Of a DNA stretch of 48,673 bases, positions 22,447 through 31,793 are shown piece by piece; positions within the stretch are counted from its first letter, which is position 1, and each line of letters starts with the position of its first letter. The stretch is taken from UHGV virus genome UHGV-0181052; one strand, written 5' to 3'. The DNA comes from a virus. The position numbers and the translations under genes are program-made. A model generated the notes under the pieces. It was not told where the DNA came from and did not search any database. It saw only the letters and a list, made by a program, of their open reading frames with translations.

Positions 22447-25293
22447 TCACGCGTGGCCGTTCATAAGCATCCAGATCTGTCCGCCCGGGGAGCTTGCCCG
22501 GGCAATGCCGTCCTGAATGGCTGCGGCCATTGCATCACCGTAGGCCCGGCCCAGCTTGCCAGACTCTGACACGTTGGCCGTCGCCTGCCCGTTCTGGTCG
22601 ACATTCACTTCCATCGACCCGATGGAGACGCCACCACCGGCACCACCCTGAGCACGAACGCCCAGCCTTCCGCTGGAATCCTTCGCCAGTGGCATGATGG
22701 CTTCCGGCCCTGCTTCGGCGAACACCCCACCCTTCGCAAACGGCTTCGGCTTGTCATACGTGAACAGCTGCGGCGTGGTGTAGACGCGGTTGCTGTACGC
22801 AGACAACGACGGGCTATCGTATACGCCACCCTTCGCGTTGAATCCGATGCTGGACATATCGAAGCCCATCGCGCCGCCGATCCCCTGAATGGCTTTGAAC
22901 ATGAGCCATTTGTTGATCATCTGCACCATCATCCCAAGGATGGACTTGGTGAAGTCGGCGAACGACGCCTTACCGGTCATCACGAAGGTGTTGATCGAGT
23001 CCAGACCGGCATCCATTGCGCCCGTGACGGCCTTCTGCACGTTGGCCGACACGTCGGTGGCGTCCTTACCCCACGCCTCAATCGCTGATCGTGCGCCGCC
23101 TGCCCAGTCCTGCGTTTTCTCATCGGTAGCCTGCCGCAGTGCTTCGCGCTGGCGTGCGTCCTCGTCGATCTGCTCCTGAGTAGCGCCTTTGTCCCGGAGG
23201 GCCGCCGCGCGCTGCATGTTCTCCAGCAGTCGGGCCGCCTCATCGGCTGACAGTCCCCACGAGGCGTTAATGGCCGCCACCTGAACAGAAAGGTCATTGC
23301 CGCTGCGGGTCAGCTCGTCGGTGATCTGCGCCTGACGTTCAAGCTGCTTGACCTGATCGCCCAGCAGACCAACGGTCTTCGCCTTCGCGAGAACTTCCTC
23401 TTTGCTCGCCAGAAGCGACTTTTCATCCTTCGTGAGCGCCCGGCCTTTTGCGTCAGCCCGGATGCCCTCAAGGATGGAGATCTTCGCGACTAACAGCTGG
23501 TAGTTCTTCATCTGCTCGGAGGCGTTGACGTCGAAGGCGTTGCGGTCTTTCAGCGTCTTGATCTGCGCCCGCAATGCCAGCTCCTGCGCCTGATACTGCT
23601 CAAGGATGCGATCACCCTGTGCAACGGTGACGGCCTTCTCCTTGTTGTGCTTCGCCTGCTCACTCGCCAGCTTACTGACGGCTTCACGGCTCTTCTCATC
23701 GGTAGCGCCGCTGCCGGTAGCGCCGTTGGCATTGCGCGCCCGCGCCTCAGAGTCTGCCTGGCTCTCAAATGCCCGCTTGCTGACCTCTGCGAACTCCTTC
23801 GCGATCTGCTTGCCCTTCTCGATGGACTCACGGCCATTTTTCTCGACGGTTTCGACGTCGATCCCCATCGCCCGGAGAACACCACGGCCATCAACGCCCG
23901 GCACCTTGTCCAGCAGGTCAGCGACGCCCAGCGTGAATTTGCTGTCCATCTGCGCTAGGTAGTTCAGCAGGTCATCGATCGACAGCTTGACCATCATGAA
24001 GATGTCGACGGCGCGGTTACCCCACGAGCGCAGCACGATCCCCATATCGTTAAAGGCATCCGATGCGCCGGTTTTGAGCGCCTTCCACGCCTGTCCGACG
24101 TTATCGGTCTTCTCGATCACGTCATCGGCCCGCTTGTTCATGGCCGTCGTGTAGATGTCCAGCGCTTCGGCGGCCGCAGCCTGCTCACCTTTCTCCTTCT
24201 GCGTCTGGATTAGGTGCTTCATCTGCGCTTCTGTCATGAAGCCGTATTGCTCATTGAGCGCGGCGATGGACTTGATCGGGTTCTTCACCAGATTGTCGAA
24301 GTCTTTCATGACGTCGCCAGCGTCCAGCCCTGCATCTGACAGTTTCGACGTGGAGATCGCCACCTTCTCCATCATATCGGCTGTCATCGTCCCCTTGTTG
24401 TTCAGCTCGATCAGCCGGTCGGTGATGCTGCTAATGCTGTCGCCGGTTGACTGCTGGATTCTCATGGCGGCCTGGTTCAGCTGGTCGGCTGACTTAAAGC
24501 CCGCGCCACCCATGAGCGTCACCGATGCGGCGAGGCGGTCGGCCTGATCTGCGCTGGTGTAGGCTGCATAGCCCATTGCGGCGATGGCCGCGGTTGCGCC
24601 AGCCAGCCCGAGGAAGGAAGGGGAGATGAATTGTTTTAGCGCCTGAAAGGTGTTCCCCAGCCCGCCGAAGGAGTCCTTAATCTGGCCGCCCTGCTGGATC
24701 ATGATCAGGAATGGGTTCTGACCACCCGCCAGCTGGGTGACGATATCGGTCATCTGCGCCGGTAGCATGCCCATCGCCGCGCGGTATTGCCCGGTTGTGA
24801 TGGTCAAGCCCTGCTGTAACGTCTTCTGTTTCTCAGACGTCACATTCAGGCCGCGCATTGCTGCGTCGTTGCGGTCGATGATCCCGGCACGGTTGGCGAG
24901 GATGGCGTTGTATTCCTCGGCCTCCTTCGCCCCCAGCAGGCCATTAGCCTGAGCCTTCGCCAGTGCCTCCTGCTGCTGCGCCAGGTCACGAAGCTGAACG
25001 CGCGTTGGTCGGATGCGGTCGAGGAGGTTTTGAAGCTCCTGATTCTGCCGGTACAGGCCCACAGCAGCATCCCCGGCCGCCTCCTGCGTCTGCTTCGCCT
25101 CGTTGTTGAAGTTGTCGACCGCTGCGGCTGCTGCGTCGGCTGACGGCTTCACCTGGTCGAACTTGTCGCCCAGCCCGTCCGCTGCCCTGCCTGCGTCCTG
25201 CGCCGCGTCAACAAGGTCTGCGAGGGATTTGGCCCCCGCGTTGACCCCGCTGGCGTCGACGTCGACGATCAAGCGTTCTGTGTTATCACTCAT
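22447..25293 (-). CDS. tail tape measure protein
   Basis: 948 aa, Ala/Gln-rich and coiled-coil rich, positioned between the G/GT chaperones and gpM. Confidence 0.9.
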   Translation of the reverse strand: MSDNTERLIVDVDASGVNAGAKSLADLVDAAQDAGRAADGLGDKFDQVKPSADAAAAAVDNFNNEAKQTQEAAGDAAVGLYRQNQELQNLLDRIRPTRVQLRDLAQQQEALAKAQANGLLGAKEAEEYNAILANRAGIIDRNDAAMRGLNVTSEKQKTLQQGLTITTGQYRAAMGMLPAQMTDIVTQLAGGQNPFLIMIQQGGQIKDSFGGLGNTFQALKQFISPSFLGLAGATAAIAAMGYAAYTSADQADRLAASVTLMGGAGFKSADQLNQAAMRIQQSTGDSISSITDRLIELNNKGTMTADMMEKVAISTSKLSDAGLDAGDVMKDFDNLVKNPIKSIAALNEQYGFMTEAQMKHLIQTQKEKGEQAAAAEALDIYTTAMNKRADDVIEKTDNVGQAWKALKTGASDAFNDMGIVLRSWGNRAVDIFMMVKLSIDDLLNYLAQMDSKFTLGVADLLDKVPGVDGRGVLRAMGIDVETVEKNGRESIEKGKQIAKEFAEVSKRAFESQADSEARARNANGATGSGATDEKSREAVSKLASEQAKHNKEKAVTVAQGDRILEQYQAQELALRAQIKTLKDRNAFDVNASEQMKNYQLLVAKISILEGIRADAKGRALTKDEKSLLASKEEVLAKAKTVGLLGDQVKQLERQAQITDELTRSGNDLSVQVAAINASWGLSADEAARLLENMQRAAALRDKGATQEQIDEDARQREALRQATDEKTQDWAGGARSAIEAWGKDATDVSANVQKAVTGAMDAGLDSINTFVMTGKASFADFTKSILGMMVQMINKWLMFKAIQGIGGAMGFDMSSIGFNAKGGVYDSPSLSAYSNRVYTTPQLFTYDKPKPFAKGGVFAEAGPEAIMPLAKDSSGRLGVRAQGGAGGGVSIGSMEVNVDQNGQATANVSESGKLGRAYGDAMAAAIQDGIARASSPGGQIWMLMNGHA

Positions 25294-25625
25294 GCTGTAT
25301 CACTCCTGCTCATGAGAACTCTGATCGCGGCCCCCTCCATGATTGCCAGGTCATCCATGAGCAGGCGATCGAACTTGACGCCATACAGGTCAGCCATGAC
25401 GGGGATCACGTTGTAGTCGAGGCCGATTAAACCGCCCGGCCCCGTGCGCCATTGGGTATCAATACGCTGGTAAAAATAAAAGCTATCAACAATCTCTGCT
25501 GATAGCTCCACTTCTGGACGGTAGTCTTCCAGCTCTCCCCCGAAATTATCGACCAGCTGCTGTGGTGGGTCGGGGAAATACAGACCCTCAATCGCGGCGG
25601 TTAGCGCTTTTGGCGCAGTTTCCAC
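25290..25625 (-). CDS. tail assembly chaperone GT extension (-1 frame relative to G)
   Basis: Overlaps the 3' end of the G-like ORF in the -1 frame and ends at the tape measure start. This is the canonical G/GT arrangement. Confidence 0.55.
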   Translation of the reverse strand: METAPKALTAAIEGLYFPDPPQQLVDNFGGELEDYRPEVELSAEIVDSFYFYQRIDTQWRTGPGGLIGLDYNVIPVMADLYGVKFDRLLMDDLAIMEGAAIRVLMSRSDTA

Positions 25626-25990
25626 AGCTCGGACTGATAGCCAACGCTGATAGACATAAATGCTGTCGGGTAGTTATCGAACAGGGTGATCAGGTTCTCT
25701 TTCGTGAACTCATCGGACAGCTCCCAGCCGGTTGCGATGTCCAGCACGAAGTCGGCCATCAAAGGATATTGCAGAACGCTATCTTCGACAGCGGACAGCT
25801 TTTTACCCTTGTATTCCTCGTCCATCTCCTGCACGCGCTTCGCCATCGCCTCCTGCTTCTCTTTCAGCTCGGTGAGCGGCATGCGCTTGAACGTGAATTT
25901 CAGCTCAGTAGGATCGTCCTGCCCTACGGTGGTGATCAGGATCGGAAGTTCGAAAGTGCCAGCGGGTACCAACTTGAATTTTGCAGCCAT
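25601..25990 (-). CDS. tail assembly chaperone (lambda gpG-like)
   Basis: 129 aa, acidic. It lies between the major tail protein and the tape measure. RBS GGAGAC. Confidence 0.7.
   Translation of the reverse strand: MAAKFKLVPAGTFELPILITTVGQDDPTELKFTFKRMPLTELKEKQEAMAKRVQEMDEEYKGKKLSAVEDSVLQYPLMADFVLDIATGWELSDEFTKENLITLFDNYPTAFMSISVGYQSELWKLRQKR
25604..25625 (-). other. probable -1 programmed frameshift window for the G/GT chaperones
   Basis: The G frame ends ...UGG AAA CUG CGC CAA AAG CGC UAA, and the T frame is -1. The only slippery-like sequence is C CAA AAG (plus-strand 25607-25613), which is a non-canonical heptamer. Confidence 0.4.
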
Positions 25991-26009
25991 TGTATTGTCT
26001 CCAGATATG

Positions 26010-26030
26010 AAAAAGGCGGCCTAAGCCGCC
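26010..26030 (-). terminator. terminator/attenuator-like hairpin after the major tail protein gene
   Basis: Minus strand: GGCGGC-TTAG-GCCGCC followed by T5, then the RBS of the G gene. Confidence 0.6.
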
Positions 26031-26046
26031 CTGATGATAGCACGCT

Positions 26047-26718
26047 TTACGCGGCAGGATAGATCACCATCTCACTGACCAGGCTCAGAACGAGGCTGTT
26101 CGTTTCGACGTTGTTCACCTCAGAAGCCGGGATCTCGTTAAAGGAGACCTGGCAACCGTAGACGCGGGTTTCCTTAGCGCGCTTGTTGTAGAACTTGAAC
26201 GCGGTGATGTCCTGGGTGCGATCCAGCTGCTTCAACACTTCACGCACCGGCGCGCTGGCGTCGTGCGCCATGGTGAAGGTCTGCGTTGCCGCCGATTTGT
26301 AGGTGTTGATGTTCACCGCGCGCTCGTGCTGGATAGCCTGGAACGTGGTGGTCTGCTGCTCGTTACCAGAGTTGGAGATGGTCGGGGTCAGCGGGAGGTC
26401 GATCCACGCATTGATCTTGACCAGCGTACCAGCGCCGCCGCCTTCCGGGTAAATGTCGGTGTCGGAGGTGTCGACCTTCTCCAGCGTCACTTTGTCGGTG
26501 GTGATGGACTTCACGCGGCACACCAGACCGGACATATTGACCCAGCTGGTAAACAGCTGCACGTAGTCACCAGCGGCAATACTGGAATCAGCAGCCGACA
26601 GGGTGGCTACCGCCTCTTTCGCGTTGGAGATCCCGGTGACCTGGATGCTTGCGCCCATCGTCTGAGCGATTTGCAGCGTTGAGCCGTTCGGGATGTTGTA
26701 GGAGAGTTTCGTAGCCAT
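26047..26718 (-). CDS. major tail protein
   Basis: 223 aa, directly upstream of the G/GT chaperones and followed by a terminator-like hairpin. Confidence 0.7.
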   Translation of the reverse strand: MATKLSYNIPNGSTLQIAQTMGASIQVTGISNAKEAVATLSAADSSIAAGDYVQLFTSWVNMSGLVCRVKSITTDKVTLEKVDTSDTDIYPEGGGAGTLVKINAWIDLPLTPTISNSGNEQQTTTFQAIQHERAVNINTYKSAATQTFTMAHDASAPVREVLKQLDRTQDITAFKFYNKRAKETRVYGCQVSFNEIPASEVNNVETNSLVLSLVSEMVIYPAA

Positions 26719-26719
26719 G

Positions 26720-27172
26720 TTAGCCTCTTACGTTGTTGATACGGTAGTTCATCGTGACAGCCACATGCAGCCCGGCGTCGTCCTCATAGTCAGCACCGAT
26801 TTCGGCCGGAGCGGTAAGGTATAGCTGCTGATCGTCGTCGCCGATGCTAACATAATTTCCGTCGTAGAACATTGCTTCATTGAAAGCCTCTACCAGCGCG
26901 TCGGCCGCGTCGTAGATCTGACGGGTGCCGGACAGGCGCGGAGCACGCAGCATCACCTGGTAGATCCCGCGCTTCGCCAGGTCAGACTGCTGGAATCCCA
27001 TGGAGATAGACGGTGCCGGGATGTGCTGCGGGAAGCCGACCAGCTGGCTCACCGCCTGCTCGTTCATATCGTTGTCGGCGCTGTTCCGCCACACGAGTGC
27101 GATGTTGTTGTTATTCCCCCACTGCATGGCGATCAGGTCAAATTTAGCCTGAATCTGTGAAGTGCTGATCAT
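26720..27172 (-). CDS. tail terminator-like protein
   Basis: Assigned by position only (the gene preceding the major tail protein). Confidence 0.45.
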   Translation of the reverse strand: MISTSQIQAKFDLIAMQWGNNNNIALVWRNSADNDMNEQAVSQLVGFPQHIPAPSISMGFQQSDLAKRGIYQVMLRAPRLSGTRQIYDAADALVEAFNEAMFYDGNYVSIGDDDQQLYLTAPAEIGADYEDDAGLHVAVTMNYRINNVRG

Positions 27173-27852
27173 ACTTTTTGTGCCTCTGCTGTTGCTGCCG
27201 CGAATGCTTCCTCAAACTGGATACAGGAGATCCTCACCATCCCGGCGGGAGCCTGTCGGGAGTGACCCTCGTATTCCAGCGGGTAGCCATACGGCGAATT
27301 GTTAACGAAATAGATGTGCTCAGCCATGCCAACGCGGAAGCGCTCGACGGCGTTCACCATTTTGTTGATGGTCGGGGTGCCGGACTTGTCCCGCTCATCC
27401 AGCCACTCAATGGGGACAAAGTCGATCCCCACCTGCCAGTTAGCCCGGAACCGGCCACCAACGTAGCCCTTGCCGACAGGGTTAACGCCCTGCTCGTTCT
27501 TGCGAAGGCGGGGGATGCGCGGGCCGACTGGCCCGACAGGGGAAGAGAATTTCGCCGGTGCTGCAACGATGTTCGCTCCCGGCTTGAGGCGGCGGGTGCC
27601 GCGCTTGGTCGTGTAGCCGAAGGTGTCGCTTTCGCGCATGGCCGTGCGCAGGTCACTCATGCGGTTGCGCTCCTTGACGGCCTGCTGGTTGCGGTTCCAC
27701 AGGTCAGGGTTGCCGACTGGCGAGCGCTGGATGATCATCGCGAACACCTTCATGGCCGCCAGCTGCACGATCTCTTCGTGACGCTCGACGACGCCGCCTG
27801 CCCACTTCTCGACGTTGGCGGCAAAGGTTGTGCCGTTCCGCTTGCGTGCCAT
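27169..27852 (-). CDS. neck / tail completion protein
   Basis: Assigned by position only. Its start overlaps the neighbouring gene. Confidence 0.45.
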   Translation of the reverse strand: MARKRNGTTFAANVEKWAGGVVERHEEIVQLAAMKVFAMIIQRSPVGNPDLWNRNQQAVKERNRMSDLRTAMRESDTFGYTTKRGTRRLKPGANIVAAPAKFSSPVGPVGPRIPRLRKNEQGVNPVGKGYVGGRFRANWQVGIDFVPIEWLDERDKSGTPTINKMVNAVERFRVGMAEHIYFVNNSPYGYPLEYEGHSRQAPAGMVRISCIQFEEAFAAATAEAQKV

Positions 27853-28235
27853 TACAGCCCCTTGATCCTCAGCTTATAGACGATGCCGTAGCCACCGTCG
27901 GGGATGACCGGCTTAATCTCGGTGATGGAGTACGTGCGGCCGCCGCCTGCGATGGTCATGTTCATCTTCGGCTCCCACTCCTGTCCGGTAGTGTCCGTCC
28001 ACGCCATGACGATCTGCTGCTCCCCGGGTGGGATGGACGCCAGCCCCCAAAACTTGAGTTCGACGCCGGTGATGACGCCCAGCACCTTGCACACCTGGCC
28101 GGGAGGCGTCACCACTTCTTCTCCAGTGGTCGGGTCACGCCCGATGCTTCCCGGGGTGCTTACGGTAATAACTGCGCCGTACTCCTTGAACAGCTTGCGG
28201 GCCTCAGCCCGCAGTTCGCGATAGAGCTTGTTCAT
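27852..28235 (-). CDS. head-tail joining protein
   Basis: Assigned by position only. Confidence 0.45.
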   Translation of the reverse strand: MNKLYRELRAEARKLFKEYGAVITVSTPGSIGRDPTTGEEVVTPPGQVCKVLGVITGVELKFWGLASIPPGEQQIVMAWTDTTGQEWEPKMNMTIAGGGRTYSITEIKPVIPDGGYGIVYKLRIKGL

Positions 28236-28687
28236 TAGCCACGCTCCAGCTTGACGTTACAGCCGCGGCCATTGCCTTCCAGCCAGTGCCCGATCATGCC
28301 CATCATGTAAGGCGCTTCGAAACCAGCGTTATAGAGGCTCTGCTCGCTGTACTCGACGTCGATCGCTCCCTCGATCCGCGTGCGCTTCTTGTACCCGCCA
28401 GCCGATGCGGTGTTGAATTCCGTCCCGGAGTCGACGGCGTCACACACGACGGCGTAGGTGAAGCGGATAACTTCCGGTGGGGTGTCGTAGTCGAGACAGT
28501 TGTAGTCGTCGCAGATAGTGCGCGGCCAGATGTCCGCTTGCCCGGGTTCGGCTTGCTCACCCTTCCATGACAGTGACCACAGCCATAGGTTAGCCTGCCG
28601 TAGCGCGGTATTCAGCTCTTCGTCGGTCATGCCAGTGTAGCCGTTGGCCGCCGCGAATGCTTTCAGGTCGTCCAGATTGCCGATCAT
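28235..28687 (-). CDS. head-tail connector / head completion protein
   Basis: Start moved to the ATG at 28687 (GGAG RBS), just downstream of the hairpin that follows the capsid gene. Confidence 0.45.
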   Translation of the reverse strand: MIGNLDDLKAFAAANGYTGMTDEELNTALRQANLWLWSLSWKGEQAEPGQADIWPRTICDDYNCLDYDTPPEVIRFTYAVVCDAVDSGTEFNTASAGGYKKRTRIEGAIDVEYSEQSLYNAGFEAPYMMGMIGHWLEGNGRGCNVKLERG

Positions 28688-28701
28688 ATTTTGCTCCAAT
28701 G

Positions 28702-28723
28702 AAAAGGGGGCCAATCGGCCCCC
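28702..28723 (-). terminator. terminator/attenuator-like hairpin after the major capsid gene
   Basis: Minus strand: GGGGGCC-GATT-GGCCCCC followed by TTTT. Confidence 0.55.
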
Positions 28724-28742
28724 ATATTATTCACTTCTTCGC

Positions 28743-29849
28743 TTACACACCAGCATCCGCTGCCGGGACGGTGGTCGGGGTCAACTTCATGATGATCCCC
28801 AGCGTCTCGCGGACGTTGCGAGTTGGCACCACCGGATCGGCGTCGTTGCCAACCGGCTTACGGTCGGTTTCGCCCTTCTCGGCTTCCCAGTTTTCTTTCT
28901 TGACCAGGTCGGCCATAGTCGGAGTTTTCTTGCCTTCGGTGGCGGTGCGGAACGCCAGGGTAGGACGCATGCCTTTCAGGGCGATCCCGTAGTTAAACTC
29001 GCCCTGCCACCAGCTTTCAATGTTCTCGCCGCCCAGCTTAGCCGGGTCAGCAGCCATTTTGAGGCCGGTGGTGGTGACCTGGATGGCGTTGGACGCCAGA
29101 CCGACGATCGCCTGATCAGGTGCGTAGATCGCTGAGCCGCCAGAGGTCGCCGCGGAAATACCAGCGCTTGCCGCGTCGGATACCACGAACGAACGACCGA
29201 AGCCGTCAGAGAAGATCTTCATGTTGCCCAGCTCAAACACCAGCTTAGCGGACTTGACCGCTTCACGTGCGGAGAACTTCGCCCACTGGGTACCGGACAT
29301 AAACCAGGTACGGATGAGGTCAGCCTGGTCGCCGAAGATGGACGCAGCCAGCGGGAAATCTTCAACGGTCGGATACAGCTCACCGGCCTTGCTGGTCACG
29401 TGGGCATCCTGGGTATAGATGCCCTGACCGAACGCTTCGATCGCAGCAACGCCTGCACCCATTGCGACGGTGACATAACGCTTCAACATCGCTTCGGAGG
29501 CAAGGGTTGCGATCTCAGCTGCCGCGCGGTTCACGTCAGTCTCGATCAGGCGGAGCTGCCCGGAGGTGATCGCTACCGGCCCAAGGCGGCCTGCGGAGTT
29601 GATGGAGCCGCCCAGGATGCGGGAAAGCACCTTCGGCTGCACCACGGTGTTAACGGGGGCGTGTTCGTTACGATCCTGCACCAGACCATCAATGATACCA
29701 ATGGTCATTTTCTCCATGGTTTCTTTGATGACCTCGCCGCTGCCGATCAGCATGGTGCCGCCGGAAGCCGCGTTGAACACGTTCAGGTTTTCGGTCAGAA
29801 GCTGAACGGTGGTACCGATCAGTTTTCGTTGAAAGATAGTAAAGCTCAT
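28743..29849 (-). CDS. major capsid protein
   Basis: 368 aa. It follows the scaffold gene and lies between two terminator-like hairpins, which is typical for a highly expressed capsid gene. Confidence 0.7.
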   Translation of the reverse strand: MSFTIFQRKLIGTTVQLLTENLNVFNAASGGTMLIGSGEVIKETMEKMTIGIIDGLVQDRNEHAPVNTVVQPKVLSRILGGSINSAGRLGPVAITSGQLRLIETDVNRAAAEIATLASEAMLKRYVTVAMGAGVAAIEAFGQGIYTQDAHVTSKAGELYPTVEDFPLAASIFGDQADLIRTWFMSGTQWAKFSAREAVKSAKLVFELGNMKIFSDGFGRSFVVSDAASAGISAATSGGSAIYAPDQAIVGLASNAIQVTTTGLKMAADPAKLGGENIESWWQGEFNYGIALKGMRPTLAFRTATEGKKTPTMADLVKKENWEAEKGETDRKPVGNDADPVVPTRNVRETLGIIMKLTPTTVPAADAGV

Positions 29850-29912
29850 CGCGCGATGTCCTTTGAGTGATTAAACGTCTGGATGATAACCGGCAAATAC
29901 TGGTCAAGCAAG

Positions 29913-29934
29913 AAAAAGCCCGGCATTGCCGGGC
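29913..29934 (-). terminator. terminator-like hairpin between the scaffold and capsid genes
   Basis: Minus strand: GCCCGGC-AAT-GCCGGGC followed by T5. Confidence 0.5.
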
Positions 29935-29940
29935 CTGTGC

Positions 29941-30642
29941 TTACTCTGCTACGTCGATGCTTGCCGCGATCTGCTCTGCGCGACTCAGCTGCTTGCCGCG
30001 CACGTCGTCGAGGCTCGGGAGCTTGTCGGTGGCCGGGGGCGTCGGGTTCGGTGCCTGATGGCGGCCGGTGCCAGAGGATGCAGGCGCTACGCACACCGGT
30101 TTGTAGGTCGGGTCTGCCCGGAACTCGCCGATCAGGTCGTTCAGGGACATCGCCGACGGCTTGCCGTCTTTCAGCACGCGGGGGATGAAGTCGGAGCCAT
30201 CTTCGCCGCCCTCGATAGCCAGTCGCTGCTGCAACGCCGGTTTGAACAGTGCGGCATACTCCTTGCCACCCAGCTCTGCGGCCAGCTTGTCGATCTGCGC
30301 GTTCAGGAAGTCATCGCGGCGCTGCTTACCGAAGCCTTCGATCTTGCCGTTCAGCTCGGCGATCTGGCGCTTATAGTCCTCTTCGATGGTTTTGAAGTCA
30401 CCGTTCTTCTTCGCCAGGTCAAGCGCTGCCTGTCGGGCCTTCTCTGCTTCGGCGGCCTTCTCTGCGTCGATGGTACCCAGGCGGGCCTGTAAGTCGGTCA
30501 TCTGCTGTTGCATGGCCTGCACGTCCGGCATGCCTTCGATGTTCATCACGTAGTTGCCGGAATCGCCGACTGCCTTGTATGCAGCCTGCTGTTCAGGGGT
30601 AAGGGCGTCAAACGCTTCTTTGTTAATCAGATATTTCCACAT
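29941..30642 (-). CDS. scaffolding protein
   Basis: 233 aa, helical and acidic (QAMQQQMTDLQARLGTIDAEKAAEAEKARQAALDLAKK). It lies between the minor head protein gene and the capsid gene. AGGAG RBS. Confidence 0.6.
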   Translation of the reverse strand: MWKYLINKEAFDALTPEQQAAYKAVGDSGNYVMNIEGMPDVQAMQQQMTDLQARLGTIDAEKAAEAEKARQAALDLAKKNGDFKTIEEDYKRQIAELNGKIEGFGKQRRDDFLNAQIDKLAAELGGKEYAALFKPALQQRLAIEGGEDGSDFIPRVLKDGKPSAMSLNDLIGEFRADPTYKPVCVAPASSGTGRHQAPNPTPPATDKLPSLDDVRGKQLSRAEQIAASIDVAE

Positions 30643-30674
30643 GTGATAGCTCCTGTGTTGTCAACGGCACGATG

Positions 30675-31793
30675 TTAGTCTTCTGCCGGGATGCGGTCAA
30701 GGTCGCGAAGTTGGGCGAGTGTTAAATACTCCCCCTTGTCGTTGAACAGGTCAGGCGGCGAGATCTTGCCGTCGCGGATGAGTTGGGCACGATCCACGCC
30801 GAACACCTGCGTTAACGTGCTCATCGGCTGGCGCTCCACCCAGCTCGAATAGTCCATGTAAATCGGCACCTGTCCGTTCATGCTGGCGCGCGATGCACCC
30901 TTGATCTTGACTCCCGGAACGCCCAATTCCTCCCAGCTCTTGAACACGAAGGTGGACGTACTGCGGCAGTTCATGTGCAGCCGCCCCGGGCCAGCGCCGT
31001 ATGGCACGCTATGGCCGATAGGCGTGTGCTTCTTGTCCCGCATGTACAGCAGTTGATCGCGGATGATGCACAGTTTTGACGTCTTATTGTCCAGCGTCGA
31101 CAGCCACTGTTCTGACTTGATGAGCGGTGCGTTGGCCTCGCCGATCTTGTCCCGCGCCTCAGCTGCTACGTGCGACACTGCGCTGCGGGTGACGGTGGCA
31201 AGGTGGCGCTCGTTTGTGCCGATCACCCCGTCTTTGTAGGCCGCTGCTGCACTGCCCTTGACCCGGCGAATGATCTGGTCATACGTCTCGCCCTGTAAGA
31301 TGCCCTGCTGCACCGCCCGGCCGATAGAGTCTGTCATGGCCTCACCCAGCACTGACGGGATGTCGCGCAGAAGCATGCCCTGGAACGGGCGACTGTTCGC
31401 CGCCGCCCACACCTGCGTTTCCGGGATCTCCACCAGTCCGCCCACGAAGTCCAGCACAGGGTTAGGGATGAGCGTTCGCCACGTGCGGTACTGGTACGCC
31501 AGCTCGCCGTTACTCAGCGCCTCAAGGTCAGCCTTGAGCTGGCCGTAGGTGGTTTTGTAGATGCGGTTGATCGTTGGGTTAATGGCTGCTTTGATGGCCT
31601 CAAGACGCCTCACCGTGTAGTTGTCGGCGGAGATCTTTGAGTCGTCCAGCGCATATAGCAGGCGGCCGACCACATCCACCGCCATGCGGCGCAGTAGCTG
31701 GGTCATCTTCTTGGCCTGGCCTTCGCCATAGCGGTAGAGGTAGAGGCGGTGCCTTACCGCCTCCGACGCCATCCGCGAGTTAACGGATGTCAT
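30675..31793 (-). CDS. head morphogenesis / minor head protein (Mu F-like, SPP1 gp7-like)
   Basis: 372 aa, directly after the portal gene with an ATGA overlap. Confidence 0.7.
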   Translation of the reverse strand: MTSVNSRMASEAVRHRLYLYRYGEGQAKKMTQLLRRMAVDVVGRLLYALDDSKISADNYTVRRLEAIKAAINPTINRIYKTTYGQLKADLEALSNGELAYQYRTWRTLIPNPVLDFVGGLVEIPETQVWAAANSRPFQGMLLRDIPSVLGEAMTDSIGRAVQQGILQGETYDQIIRRVKGSAAAAYKDGVIGTNERHLATVTRSAVSHVAAEARDKIGEANAPLIKSEQWLSTLDNKTSKLCIIRDQLLYMRDKKHTPIGHSVPYGAGPGRLHMNCRSTSTFVFKSWEELGVPGVKIKGASRASMNGQVPIYMDYSSWVERQPMSTLTQVFGVDRAQLIRDGKISPPDLFNDKGEYLTLAQLRDLDRIPAED

